Assembly: GCA_963843575.1 (NCBI GenBank) | Contig: CAWJKZ010000017.1 | Location: 160,001-224,000, forward strand | Source: an uncultured Acidobacteriota bacterium | GTDB lineage: Bacteria > Acidobacteriota > UBA6911 | Direction: 5' to 3' | Length of the DNA stretch: 64,000 nt | In this document: positions 10,212 through 20,993 of the stretch, in pieces | How positions within the stretch are numbered: the stretch's first letter is position 1 | How the letters are laid out: every line of letters starts with the position of its first letter | Position numbers and translations under genes: made by a program | The notes under the pieces: model-generated | Seen by the model: only the letters and a program-made list of their open reading frames with translations | What the model was told of the DNA's origin: nothing | Databases searched by the model: none

Positions 10212-11436
10212 ATGCACTCGATAATTCAGGGTAAACCCCGCGCCGCATTCGTCGTCGTGGGCGCATTGGTACTTCTGTCCTCCCTGTTCTTTTCGGGGTG
10301 TGCCGGGAAGGAAACCCCTGTGCGCGCGGCGAAAAAAGGGGCAAGCAGTTCCGGCGGCGGCCCCGCCGTTCCCGTCACCGTGGCGAAGGTCACCCGGAAG
10401 GAGGTGCCGGTAGACATCGAAGCCGTCGGGAACGTCGAGGCCTACCTGACGGTCGCAGTAAAGTCCCAGGTGAGCGGCGAGATCACCCGGGTGTTTTTCC
10501 ACGAGGGCGACTTCGTCAAGAAGGGCGACCAGCTTTTCACCATAGACTCGCGCACCTACGAAGGCCAGGTGAACCAGGTCCAGGCCAACCTGGTGCGCGA
10601 CCGCGCCGTGCTGGCCCAGATCGAGTCGAACCTGGCGCGCGACCAGGCCCAGGAAAAATACGCGCAAGCCACGGCCGCGCGTTACGCCAGCCTGTATGAG
10701 CGCAACCTCATCTCCAAAGAGATGATGGAGCAGGCCCGCTCCAACGCCGAGGCGATCTCGGCAGGGGTGCGCGCCAGCGCGTCGGCCATCCAGAGCGCCC
10801 GCGCTACCGTCGAGGCGACCACGGCGGCCCTGGAGAACGCGAAGGTGATGCTCGGGTACACCGTGATCCGCTCCCCGGTCAACGGCCGCACCGGCAGCCT
10901 GGACGCCGACCTGGGCAACGTGGTGAGCTCGTCCACCACCCTCATGACGATCAATCAGATCGAACCGATCTATGTGACCTTCTCGGTCCCCGAAGCCCGG
11001 CTGAAAGCGATACGCAAGTCCCAGACGGTGACGGCAGCGACACAGGACAACCCCGCCGCGCCCCAATCGGGGCACGTGATCGTTCATCGACAACGGGGTC
11101 GATCCCGCCACCGGAATGATCCGGGTCAAGGGCACCTTCCCGAACCCTGGCCACGCCCTGTGGCCAGGCCAGTTCGTGCGCGTGATCCTCAGGCTCGGGA
11201 CCCTGCCCAACGCTATGGTCGTGCCTAATCAGGTGGTTCAGACAGGGCAGGAGGGCCCCTACGTATTCGTGGTGAAGGCGGACCATACGGTCGAATCCCG
11301 TCCGGTAGTCGCCGGACAGCGGGTAGGAGACGAAGTGGTCATTCAGAGCGGGCTCAGCGACGGGGAGATCGTGGTCGCGGAGGGACAACTCCGGCTGGCG
11401 CCCGGCAGCCGCGTGCAGATCGCGGAAACCCCATAA
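10212..11436 (+). CDS. RND periplasmic adaptor (MFP, MdtA-like), +1 frameshift near 11079
   Basis: Lipobox-like FFSGC, VKSQVSGEI..V.F.EGDFVKKGD, IRSPVNGRTG. Removing one base restores SFIDNGVDPATGMIRVK and joins ORF 11116..11436 (LWPGQFV). Confidence 0.85.
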
Positions 11437-11496
11437 ACAGCCGCACTCCAGACAGGGGCGGGATAGCTCCGGCATTGGCCCATGATCGACGTCTTT

Positions 11497-11621
11497 GGAG
11501 TGCGGCGCCTCGGCGCCGCTTCACGCCCGTCCCAAGGCCGAAACGCCCGGCGCCTTGGCGCCGTCCCGAAGGGTGCGGCGCCCCCCGACGAAATGTGGCG
11601 GCGTCGAGCCGCCACACACCA
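11497..11621. repeat. REP-like palindromic repeat cluster (family A)
   Basis: GGAGTGCGGCGCCTCGGCGCCGCTT (11497-11521) and TGTGGCGGCGTCGAGCCGCCACA between convergent genes; related copies at 38546-38590 and 54943-55105. Confidence 0.75.
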
Positions 11622-11633
11622 GAACGGTGCGGA

Positions 11634-13691
11634 TTACTCGACCTTCCTGCGGACCAGCCGCACGATCAGCGCCAGAAGTGCCACCGCGGCGAGGATCAGG
11701 ACCAGCCAGAAGATCCTGCGGGGAACCGTTTCTCCTTCAGCCGCAGGAGCAGCCTCCGGGCCGGGCGTAATTTCCAGGGCGGCGGCTCCTACCAGACGCG
11801 GCGCCAGGAGGGCGAGATCGTAGCGTGGAGCCGCGAGATCGCGGTTCCCGTAAAGCAGGCTCAGGTTGCCTTCGTCTTCGCGGAAGAACCGCAAGCGGTA
11901 TCCGGGGAAAAGGAGTTTGAGGCCTTCGAGCGGCAACGCCGCGTTGTCGCCCTCCTCGACCAGAAGCAGGACCTCGGCACTCCTCAACGGTGGAAGTCCC
12001 AGGACCAGGGCCGGAGCTGCAGTCTCCGGGTCCCCGTGGCTCCAGGCAGAGTTCGCCACGTAAGTGGTCCACGCCTCGCGACGCGGGTCCCCGGGGTCTT
12101 TCTCGATCAGGATGCCGACCCGGCGCTGGAACACGCGTGCGACTGTCCGTAACACCAGGCGCGAGGCGGGAAGGCTGTCATAGGGCATGCGAAGGCGATA
12201 GAAGCTGCGGGCGCCGGCCCTGCCATCCCGGGGAGCGGCCAGCCGGCCGGGGGGGCTCACCGTCTCCGGGGCCGGCAGGTCAACCGTGAGTGGCTCCTCG
12301 AGCTTTTCCAGCAGATAGGGGACCTGGCGGTCGTCCGATCCTGCGATCCTGATGTCGGAGAGGTTGCTGTGCGCGATGGCGGCTGCGTCCAGCATCACGG
12401 CGGTGAGCCCCCTCCGGTCTCCGGGCAGGCGGCGTGAATAGCGGAATGCCCCAGCGTCGATGGCCGCACCGGTGACGGGCAGCGTCGGTCCAACCCCGGC
12501 CTCGGCTTCGGCGCGGGGTTTGCCGGCCTCGCCCCAACGTGCCTCGGCCGTGCGCAACTTCAGGACCGAATCGCGCCGAGCCTCCAGATCGTATCGCGGA
12601 GCGCGCAGGCCCGGGTGACCGAAACGCGCAGTCAGCGGCCCCATCCCCTGGCTCTCGAAGTAAACCCAGGGGAGCTGGGCGAACACAGCCGTGACGCCCC
12701 TCAAATCGAGCGGAGGATTGTTCTCGTCCGCCGCCACGAGTTCCAGCTCCGCCTCCGTCGGCGTGAGCACTGGAATCCTGAGTTCCGCGGCCGCGAGGTC
12801 GCCGTGAAGCGAGCGGCGCAGGATGCCGGATCCTAGCTGAACCGGAACGACCTCGGCCCCGGAGAGTTGGGCCTGCGTTATGTAGGCCCTGCGCAGTATG
12901 TCCCCGCCGCCGCAGCTCAGCTCGATCGCGGTGATGGGGAGCCTGGGGCCCGGTAGGCGAAGCCGGTAGCGGCTCACTCCGGGTTCGCTCCCGCGCCGCT
13001 CGAAAGGCACGTCTATCCTGAGAGGCGACGAGATTGGCTTGCTTTCGACGGACCGCGCGGCAGCCGAAACGGGCATCGGGACACGGCCGCTTGTTCGATC
13101 GTCCCAGGTGAGGCGCAGGTACCTGTACTCGCCGGGCTGAAACTCCAGCTCCAGGCGCCGGAGGGCTTCTTCCGGCAGATCGAAGAGCGTGCCCTCGGCC
13201 ACCAAGAGCGTCCAGCGGCTCCGCTCTCCGCTGCCCTCGAGTTGCACCCGCTTGAGAAACGGAGCCTGGAGGCCGGCGATCCGCAGTCGATCGACGCCGC
13301 CCAGCCGTCCGAGGTCGACCTCGAAGCCGCTCGCCTTCCTGGTCGCGGCGACAGGAATGATCCGGCCGTTCAGCCAGCGAGGTTCCCGCGAGGGTGGGCC
13401 GACCAGGAGGTACGGGACCTCACGGCCGGATGCGTCGTAAAGCCGCAAGTCCCCCAGGCCCCCCTCGGCGACGTACTCGGCCTGCGCCGCCACGCTTGAC
13501 ACGCGGAACGGGCTGCCACCGGCCAGGACCTCGGCGTCCAGGGCAAGACGATTGGAACCAGGGCTCCCCGGCAAAACATCTCTCTGGTAGCGGAAGGATT
13601 CCGGCCGAGGACCGGCCGGGCCACCCTGCGCTAGGACGAAAAGGCATGGGGCGGCTGCAAGGGCGAACGCGATCCTGACCGTGCGATTCAT
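11634..13691 (-). CDS. DUF3999-like exported protein with C-terminal membrane anchor
   Basis: ATG 13691 overlaps the upstream stop; signal peptide; two internal repeats (DLRLYDASGREVPYLL/DIRIAGSDDRQVPYLL; APRYDL twice); C-terminal TM helix followed by RRK. Confidence 0.65.
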   Translation of the reverse strand: MNRTVRIAFALAAAPCLFVLAQGGPAGPRPESFRYQRDVLPGSPGSNRLALDAEVLAGGSPFRVSSVAAQAEYVAEGGLGDLRLYDASGREVPYLLVGPPSREPRWLNGRIIPVAATRKASGFEVDLGRLGGVDRLRIAGLQAPFLKRVQLEGSGERSRWTLLVAEGTLFDLPEEALRRLELEFQPGEYRYLRLTWDDRTSGRVPMPVSAAARSVESKPISSPLRIDVPFERRGSEPGVSRYRLRLPGPRLPITAIELSCGGGDILRRAYITQAQLSGAEVVPVQLGSGILRRSLHGDLAAAELRIPVLTPTEAELELVAADENNPPLDLRGVTAVFAQLPWVYFESQGMGPLTARFGHPGLRAPRYDLEARRDSVLKLRTAEARWGEAGKPRAEAEAGVGPTLPVTGAAIDAGAFRYSRRLPGDRRGLTAVMLDAAAIAHSNLSDIRIAGSDDRQVPYLLEKLEEPLTVDLPAPETVSPPGRLAAPRDGRAGARSFYRLRMPYDSLPASRLVLRTVARVFQRRVGILIEKDPGDPRREAWTTYVANSAWSHGDPETAAPALVLGLPPLRSAEVLLLVEEGDNAALPLEGLKLLFPGYRLRFFREDEGNLSLLYGNRDLAAPRYDLALLAPRLVGAAALEITPGPEAAPAAEGETVPRRIFWLVLILAAVALLALIVRLVRRKVE

Positions 13692-16600
13692 CTCTTCTCC
13701 CGGACACCCGACAGAACGAACTTCTGGAGCAGCAACGCGACGAGGGCCAGACAAAAGGCCAGGCCGACAAACGAACCCACCCGGTACAGCCCGCCGAGCC
13801 TTCCGAGGTCATGGAGAAAGCACTTCACGATCGTGGCGACCAGGAGCAAGAGAGAGGCGATCCGGCCGGGCCGGTTCCGGAGCACGAGTCCTGCGGCCAG
13901 CATAACCAGGGCGAACGACCGCCCAGCCCAGCGTGTAGGTCAGGTCCTGGGCAAGCGTCGCCGAAAATCTGAAGGTGATGCTCGAGCCCACCGAATAGAA
14001 ATCGGCAATCTCAATGTTGAGGAGCAGGAAAAGCAGGATCGTTCCGCCCGCCGCCAGCAGGCCCGGTGCGCGCCGCAGCCAGACCGGCGCCGCCTCGCGC
14101 GCCCTGGCCAGGAACCACGCCCCGGCAAACAGCGCAGCGGCGCAAACCACATAGGTATAAAGGTACCAATTCCAGATCCTGAGCCCGCGCGGCTGGTATT
14201 GAACAACCGACGGGTTGAGCGCCAGGCGCACGAAGACCGTGGTCAGAAGCCCGGTCGAAGCGTAGAAAAGTCCATGGTGCGGGATCCGGCCGCAAAGCCA
14301 GGCCAGCGCCGCCCCCTCCAGCGCCCAGCCGATGGTGATCCACTCCTTGTCGAGCTGCAACGGGATGGCCACGGTTACGAACGCGAGCGCCGCGCCGGCA
14401 ACCAGGGCAAGCCGTCCGAGCACCCGTTCTCCCTGCGGCTCCAGGCGCAACAGTTGAACCAGCAGGATGCAGGTCAGGAGGGCTTGTGCGACGGGCAGGA
14501 TCCCGACAACGGACCCCAGCCCGCCCTCGAGCATGCTCCGCCTCGCAAGAAAGAAGGTCACGGCGCCGGACAGGACGGGCGCCAGATAAGGCAGCAGCAA
14601 CCGCCCCGCCTTCCGCCCGAGCACGAGCGGATAAGCGAGAAACGCCGCATAGATTGCGGCGGCGAACAGCAACTCCTGCTCCCAGGACCACGGTGCCTGC
14701 GGCCTGGCCTGCAGCAGAAACCCTGCCAGGCCCGTTGTGGCGACCGCGAGCAGCGGCAGCGCGTGCCGGCGCATGTGCCAGGACAGCCACAGCAGGGCCG
14801 ACAGCAGCAAAAGATGACACGCCAGCAACAGCAGAATCGAAGGAGAACCAGGCTGGCTTGCCGCGACCATTGCGATGATCTGTGACAGGAATGCGGCTGC
14901 CACGCCGGCGGCGACGAAGCCGGTGTCACCCGTTATCCGGGCGCGCCGAGCCAGGTAGATCCAGATGAAGGACAACGCGACGAGGAGCAGGGCCGAAATC
15001 ACGGCTACACGCGGCCAGGGCGCTTCCGATGCCATCGCAGCCCAGGCGCAGACCACACAGGCGGAGGCCGACATGGCGCCAAGCTGCAGGTTCCCGGAAC
15101 GAAGCCACAGCGCCGCGGCGCCTATTGCCAGGTCCAGGACCAGCATCAGGCCGAAGATGGGCCAGGGCGGAACGGCCAGCGGACGTTGTGCGGCCGCGAC
15201 AAGAAGGAAGAGGTGGCCCGTGAGAGCCAGGTAGGGGCCGACAGCGGCCGTTTCGACCTGCCCGGCCCTGCGCACCAGCCAGGCGGACCCGCCCAGGGTC
15301 AGCAGGGAGAACCCTCCGATCACAAAGAGCACGGGGAGGAGGACGGAAGCGACGGTGGCGGCGGACCACCACACGCCCAGGATCATCCACGAGAGGACAA
15401 TCCCCCCAATCGAAATCAGGGGGAAGCCGGCGTACCGTCCAATCCACATGAGCCCGAGGCTGAACACGGAGAGCAACAGCGCGAGACCCCAAAGGGCTTC
15501 CTGCGCGACCGGCTGGATCGTGAGGAAGAACAGCAGCAGGATGCTCCCGAGCAGCACCAGCCCGTTCCCCCCGTCCGGCTTCAGCGGCCGGTTCCGAAGC
15601 CCCGCCAACACCGGGACCGCGAGGAAAAAGAGTCCGAAAACACCGTAGATCGTGAGGGCCGGCAACAGTCTCGCGGGCTCGAGATGCCTGGCGGACCAGG
15701 CGGCCTCCGTCACAAGGGCGAACACCGCCGCGACGAAATAGACCGCGCTCCTCCCCGTGGCAATCGACTGCGTCGCTATGGCCGCAACGAGGAGGAACAG
15801 AACCGTAAAGAGCAACCAGGGGGAGGCGCATCCCCGCTCGACGAGGGCCAGGGCTGGGAACACGAACAGGAGCAGCGGGGCCGCAAAGACTGCGTGCGCG
15901 CCCTGGCTTTTAAAGCCTCGCGAGAGACGGCGCGCGGCCAACGGCGCCAAAAGGTACAGCAGCACGAAGGCCGCAACGAAGGCGAGAATGACAGGCCAGG
16001 CGTCGCTGCTGTAGGACTGACGCAACCAGACCGCGAACACGAGCACCGTCGTCAGCGCTCCGACACCGTGGAGGATCTCGGGTCCGCGCGTCACCGCGAC
16101 CGCAAACAGGCCGACGTCCAGGCAGAGAAGAAAGCCGAACAGAATGCCGAACCTTTCGCCGTATCCGGGCACGACTGCCATGTAGAGCGCAAACAGCAGA
16201 GGGAGTACGGCGCTCGCGGCGGCAGCCTGACCCGAGAGTGCGGCCCATCCCGTCCCTCTGGCGTCCGCACCCCGTGCAAGCGCCAGCACCGCGAAACCGA
16301 GGATTGGGAAGGCCAGGAAGATCCCGGCCGCAAGCGGGAGCCTGTCGGGTCCGAGGAACCGTGCGACCCAAAACCACTGGTACAGCGTCGTGAACGCCAG
16401 GCACAACGCAATCAAAGCGTGCCACCGCTTCCTGTAAGCTACCCAGGCAAGGCCGGCGTTGAGCAGGAGGAGGTAGCCGAAGAGCGCTACCGGGCGATCC
16501 TCGCCGGTCGAGAGAAGCGCAGGCGTCGCGAACCCGCCGAGCAGGCCGAGCAACGCGATGAACAACGAGTCGTGGCGAATGGAGAGGAGAACCGCGACGG

Positions 16601-17366
16601 CGGTCACCAGTACCAGAAAGAAGAAGGTGGGCCCTGGCCCGACCAGATGCCACAGGGCGTTTGCGGCAAAAAACGTCGAAAACAGGATGGCCACCCCGGC
16701 CGCATCCAGCGCGTTGGCCGTGACGCGGTACTTGCCGGCCGCTTTCAGCTCGCACAGCACCAGGAGCGTGATCCCCACCAGGATCCCGATCGTCATCCTG
16801 ACCGGTGCGCTCAACCAACCCCGGTCGATCGAATAGCGCAGGAAAAAGACCGCGGCAAGCGTCAGCGCGATTCCGGCAATCCAGGAGAAAAGCTTCACCC
16901 CAACGAGCCCCTCCCAGTCAAAGCCGGGCCGCGGCTTTGCCGGGGGCGGAGGGACCGGTGGGGCCGGAGGAACTCGTGGCGGCGGAGGGACTGCGACCTT
17001 GGAAACAGGAGGCGGCTGCCGCGACTCTATGACCGGGGCAGGGGGCGGAATGGCGACCGGCGCGGGGGGACGCATCACTGCCGGCTGCGGGATGCCGGCG
17101 GGCTCATGAACAGGTTTTGCCGGTGCAGGCTGCGGCCTGGCCTTTTCCTCCGGGGGTGCGGCCGGCGCCGGAGCAGTCTTCAGCGAATGCTCGAGTTCCT
17201 GGAGCCGATTCCACAGGGTATGCACGAGCCGTTCAACTTCCTGGAGCCGATGGCGAGTGGAAAGCATCAGGATGAAGCTCACCGTCGGGAGCCCCACGAT
17301 CATGAACAAAACAAGTAAGATCAGAGCCTCCACGCTCACCTCCGGGGGACGGACCTGAGCAAGCAT
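13688..17366 (-). CDS. DUF2339-family large polytopic membrane protein, +1 frameshift near 13917
   Basis: Pro-rich linker, DWEGLVGVKLFSWIAG, GLLGGFATPALLSTG, many TM helices. The C-terminus continues in ORF 13688..13903 (KCFLHDL..LGGLYRVGSFVGL). Start uncertain (17366 or 17402). Confidence 0.8.
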
Positions 17367-17621
17367 AGATAGAGCAATGGCTTGCGGCGAGAACGATACC
17401 AAGAATAGGCCTTATTTGCGTTTTTCGTGCCGTTTTTTTCGAATTAAGCCAGAGTTCGAGACGACAGTTCGTGCAGAATGTCTTTATCGCCAGTTACCGG
17501 GCAACAACAACGCCCATCGGCGCAGAAGCTGGAAATGGAAATTGCAGCACCGCGGGGACCAGGCCGAGCCCGGCGAGCGGAGGCTCGATGGTGATGCGAT
17601 TGCCCGCCGAAGAGGTCGGTC

Positions 17622-18455
17622 ATGCGAATAAGTGCGAGCTGGGTGATCGGGATATTGCCATGGGTGTTTTTGCAGCACGGGATCGCGCAGGACTCACCGT
17701 CCGCGCAGGACGCCTATGCCTCGGAACGTTACCACCTCGTGTGGTCTGATGAATTCGACGTGGATGGGCGTCCCAACCCCGCGCTCTGGACTTATGAGCA
17801 GGGGTTCGTCCGTAACAGGGAGCTGCAGTTCTATCGTCCCGAGAACGCCCGGTGCAGGAACGGACTGCTGATCATCGAGGCAACACGCGAGGCAGAGCGT
17901 GATCCGAAGCACGCGAAAGCGGATTACACTTCCGCGAGCGTTACGACCAAGGGACTGCACAGTTGGCTCCGCGGGCGCTTTGTGATGCGCGGGCGGATCG
18001 ACACACGTCCGGGTCTCTGGCCCGCCTTCTGGACCCTGGGCGTTTCCGGCCGGTGGCCCGCCAATGGCGAGATCGACATCATGGAGTACTACCAGGGAAC
18101 CCTGCTGGCAAACGCCGCCTGGTCCGCCGGCGACGCCAGGGGACCCGAGTGGGACGATACAAAGAAGCCCCTATCGGAGTTCCAGGTTCCCGACTGGGCT
18201 GCGAAGTTCCACGTCTGGCGGATGGACTGGGACAACGAGAGTATCAAGCTCTACGTCGACGACGAACTCCTGAATGAAGTGGACCTTTCGAAGACGACTA
18301 ACAAAGATACGAAGGGGGAAAACCCGTTCCGTCAGCCTCACTACATCATTCTCAATCTTGCCGTCGGTGGCACCTCGGGCGGCGACCCGTCCGCCACACA
18401 ATTCCCCGCCCTCTTTGAAATCGACTACGTCAGGATTTATCAGAAGGAAAACTGA
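17622..18455 (+). CDS. Glycoside hydrolase family 16 (laminarinase-like)
   Basis: LVWSDEF, GLWPAFW, catalytic EIDIME, IILNLAVGG, EIDYVRIYQ; signal peptide. Confidence 0.92.
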   Translation: MRISASWVIGILPWVFLQHGIAQDSPSAQDAYASERYHLVWSDEFDVDGRPNPALWTYEQGFVRNRELQFYRPENARCRNGLLIIEATREAERDPKHAKADYTSASVTTKGLHSWLRGRFVMRGRIDTRPGLWPAFWTLGVSGRWPANGEIDIMEYYQGTLLANAAWSAGDARGPEWDDTKKPLSEFQVPDWAAKFHVWRMDWDNESIKLYVDDELLNEVDLSKTTNKDTKGENPFRQPHYIILNLAVGGTSGGDPSATQFPALFEIDYVRIYQKEN

Positions 18456-18559
18456 AACCCAGGGGGTCTTTCTCAGGATTCAAATGGGCGCACGGCAAGA
18501 GCCTTGGGGGCCGGCACTCCTCCGCCCCGGCGCTGGCCTGCAGAATCTCCGCGGGTGGA

Positions 18560-20032
18560 TTACTCCCGGGAGGCGGTCCAGAGCAGCGCGTTGTGAACGA
18601 GCCGCCGGTAGCCGGGGTGGCGGATGGTGCTTTCGTTGTGTCCCATCTGGATGTAGACGACGCGCGCCTTTTCGGAGGGTCCCACGTAGACGACCGCGCG
18701 GTCGTTCTCGGGGCTGTCTGTCTCCATCAGGACCGTCGCCTTCGGCGACAGCCACATCCCGCGGTACGCCTCGTCCTCGAGCACGAGCGGGGCGACGCCG
18801 CGGACGACGGGGTGACCCGAACCGGTCGGGGCGCGTCGCACGACCATTTTGACGTCGTCCTTGTACTGCGATTTAGGGTGATCGCCGAGCGCCTCCTCGA
18901 AGTACTTCCCGCCGACGACCTGCTCGTGCCACCAGGGCCACGAGGTGTAATCCACGATGGCGTGGTGAGTCGACACGACTCCGCCGCCGGCCTCCACGTA
19001 CGCCTGCAGGTTCGCCCGCTCCTTCTCGCCGATGCTGTCGTACATGTCGTGGAGGACCACGACGTCGTATCGCTCCCGCATCCGCGGCGTGAACGCCTCG
19101 GCCTGCGAGCCGGCGTGGGTCCAGCGCACGTCGTCATACCCATCGAAGAGGCTGAAAAACGAGGTGGGGAACGCGTGTCCGCCGGTCACGACCAGCACGC
19201 GCACGGCGTCGCCGCGCGGGGCCGGCAGCGAGTCGAGCGCGACCGGAAGGTTAACCTCGCCACCCGTGGCCGCCCACTCGACCGACCGGCAAAACGCGGT
19301 CACGAAACCGGGCAGATACATCGACGCGATGTCGTGGCCCATGGTCGTGTGAACCACCCGGCCCTTACCGAAGGACACGGTCCACAGTACGGGCTCGTCC
19401 TTGCCGGTCCCGCCGGTTTTGGCTTCGCTGAATCCGCTGAGCAAGACGTGCGCGCCGGGCTTCAGGTCCATCTTGTGGTACAGCTCGTCGTCCGCGACGA
19501 ACGACTCCGCGACGCCGCGGCTGATCGGGTGCTCGCGGTCGACCCAGCGTGCGGTGTAGGGGCCCCGGATGCCGTGGCCTATGTTCTCGGGCTTCCAGCT
19601 GCACCCGAGCATGTCGGGGTAGGCCGCCCACCCGGGGTCGTTCGCGGCGGGCACCCATCGGGTCCGGTTGTACTCCATGCCGAAGAATCGGCCGTAGCTC
19701 ACCGAGTGCAGCGCCACCATGCCCTTGCCGCCGCGCAGGTACTCCTCCACGGCGTTCTCGGTCGCTGCTCCCCAGCGGGGCCCGTTGTAGTTGAGCACCA
19801 GCACGTCGTACCCGGCCAGGGTCGCCGCCGTGATCCCGCGCACCTCCTCGGCCACCTTGACGTCGAACCTCCCCGTCTTGTCGAGCATGCGGCGCAGCAC
19901 CGGGGTCGTCGCGCGCCAGTCGTGGTTGGGGAAGTCGCTCTCACCCGTGAGGATGAGCACCCGGATCCTGGGAGGTTGCGCCGCCAGGCTCGGCGCCGCA
20001 ATCACCAGAAGAAACACCACGGCCACACGCAA
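18560..20032 (-). CDS. Secreted protein with two ThuA-like (class I GATase fold) domains
   Basis: Two repeats of RVL(I/V)(L/V)TG..H, GKGMVALH/GGGVVSTHH, DELY/DEAY, MGH; signal peptide. True start may be ATG 20039 or 20051 if frameshifted. Confidence 0.85.
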   Translation of the reverse strand: MRVAVVFLLVIAAPSLAAQPPRIRVLILTGESDFPNHDWRATTPVLRRMLDKTGRFDVKVAEEVRGITAATLAGYDVLVLNYNGPRWGAATENAVEEYLRGGKGMVALHSVSYGRFFGMEYNRTRWVPAANDPGWAAYPDMLGCSWKPENIGHGIRGPYTARWVDREHPISRGVAESFVADDELYHKMDLKPGAHVLLSGFSEAKTGGTGKDEPVLWTVSFGKGRVVHTTMGHDIASMYLPGFVTAFCRSVEWAATGGEVNLPVALDSLPAPRGDAVRVLVVTGGHAFPTSFFSLFDGYDDVRWTHAGSQAEAFTPRMRERYDVVVLHDMYDSIGEKERANLQAYVEAGGGVVSTHHAIVDYTSWPWWHEQVVGGKYFEEALGDHPKSQYKDDVKMVVRRAPTGSGHPVVRGVAPLVLEDEAYRGMWLSPKATVLMETDSPENDRAVVYVGPSEKARVVYIQMGHNESTIRHPGYRRLVHNALLWTASRE

Positions 20033-20047
20033 AACGCATCAGGTTTC

Positions 20048-20966
20048 TCATGCCGGCTCCCTTCGAATGGAATTGTGATCCGTCGAGGCGATCCCCGACT
20101 TGGCGGCCGCCTCGGAGTCCGCGACGGCCTGCCGTACCCAGGCGAGGCTGCGTTCGATCAGCGGGCCGCCCTGGCCTTCGCACTCGATGCTCGCGATGCC
20201 GTCGTATCCGGAGCGGACGAGCAGGTCGAGGCAACCGCGGATGTTGGCCGCGTTCACGCCGTCGCCCACGGCGCAGTGACTCACCGCGATGCCGGTCAGT
20301 TCGCCCCGGGCGCTCGCGGCGAGGCTCGGACTCACGTCCTTGACGTGCAGGTGGTCGATCTTGTCGCAGAATCTCGCCGGCAAACGCGACCGGATCCTGC
20401 CCCGCGATGAAAGTGTTGCCCGTGTCGAAGTTCATTCGCAGCCGCGGCGAGTCGGCGAAGGAAAGCATTTCGGCCATGAACTCCGGCTTCGTCGTGTAGT
20501 ACCCGTGAGGTTCCACGTTGATCGTGATCGCGTAGGCTTCGGCCACGGGAAGGATCTGCCGGTAGATGCGCCGCATGTGCTCCAGTGCTTCGCGGTCCGT
20601 CATCCCCTCCGGCCGGTTCCGGTCGTCGGTGGTGTCGATGCGCGGGCAGCCGGCGAGCTTCGCCCAGCGGATCGCGTGCAGCACGTACTCGACCCCAAGG
20701 GTCGCCCCCTGGGGCGACGACAGCGGGAAAGCGGCGTCGAGCTGCGAGAAGGCCACGCCGCAGCCGTCCATTTTCTTGCGCAGCAGCACCGGATCTTCCC
20801 ACAACGCGACGTGCGGCTGGTATCCCAGGCCGTGGATCCAGCTCACGCCGTCAATGGCGCCGCACTCGATAAAATGGACGTCATTGCGCCTGGCCCAATC
20901 GAGACACTGGGAGAAGCTCCAGTAGGAGCTGTTGAACGCGTCGGTGTGAAATCCAATCTGGAGCAT
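20048..20966 (-). CDS. Sugar phosphate isomerase/epimerase TIM barrel, +1 frameshift near 20378
   Basis: INVEPHG and NFDTGN in ORF 19941..20966; HLHVKD and SIECEG in ORF 20048..20383. One extra G joins them. Confidence 0.82.
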
Positions 20967-20993
20967 ACCCGTCCTCGCTTCCCGGACCGCCGC

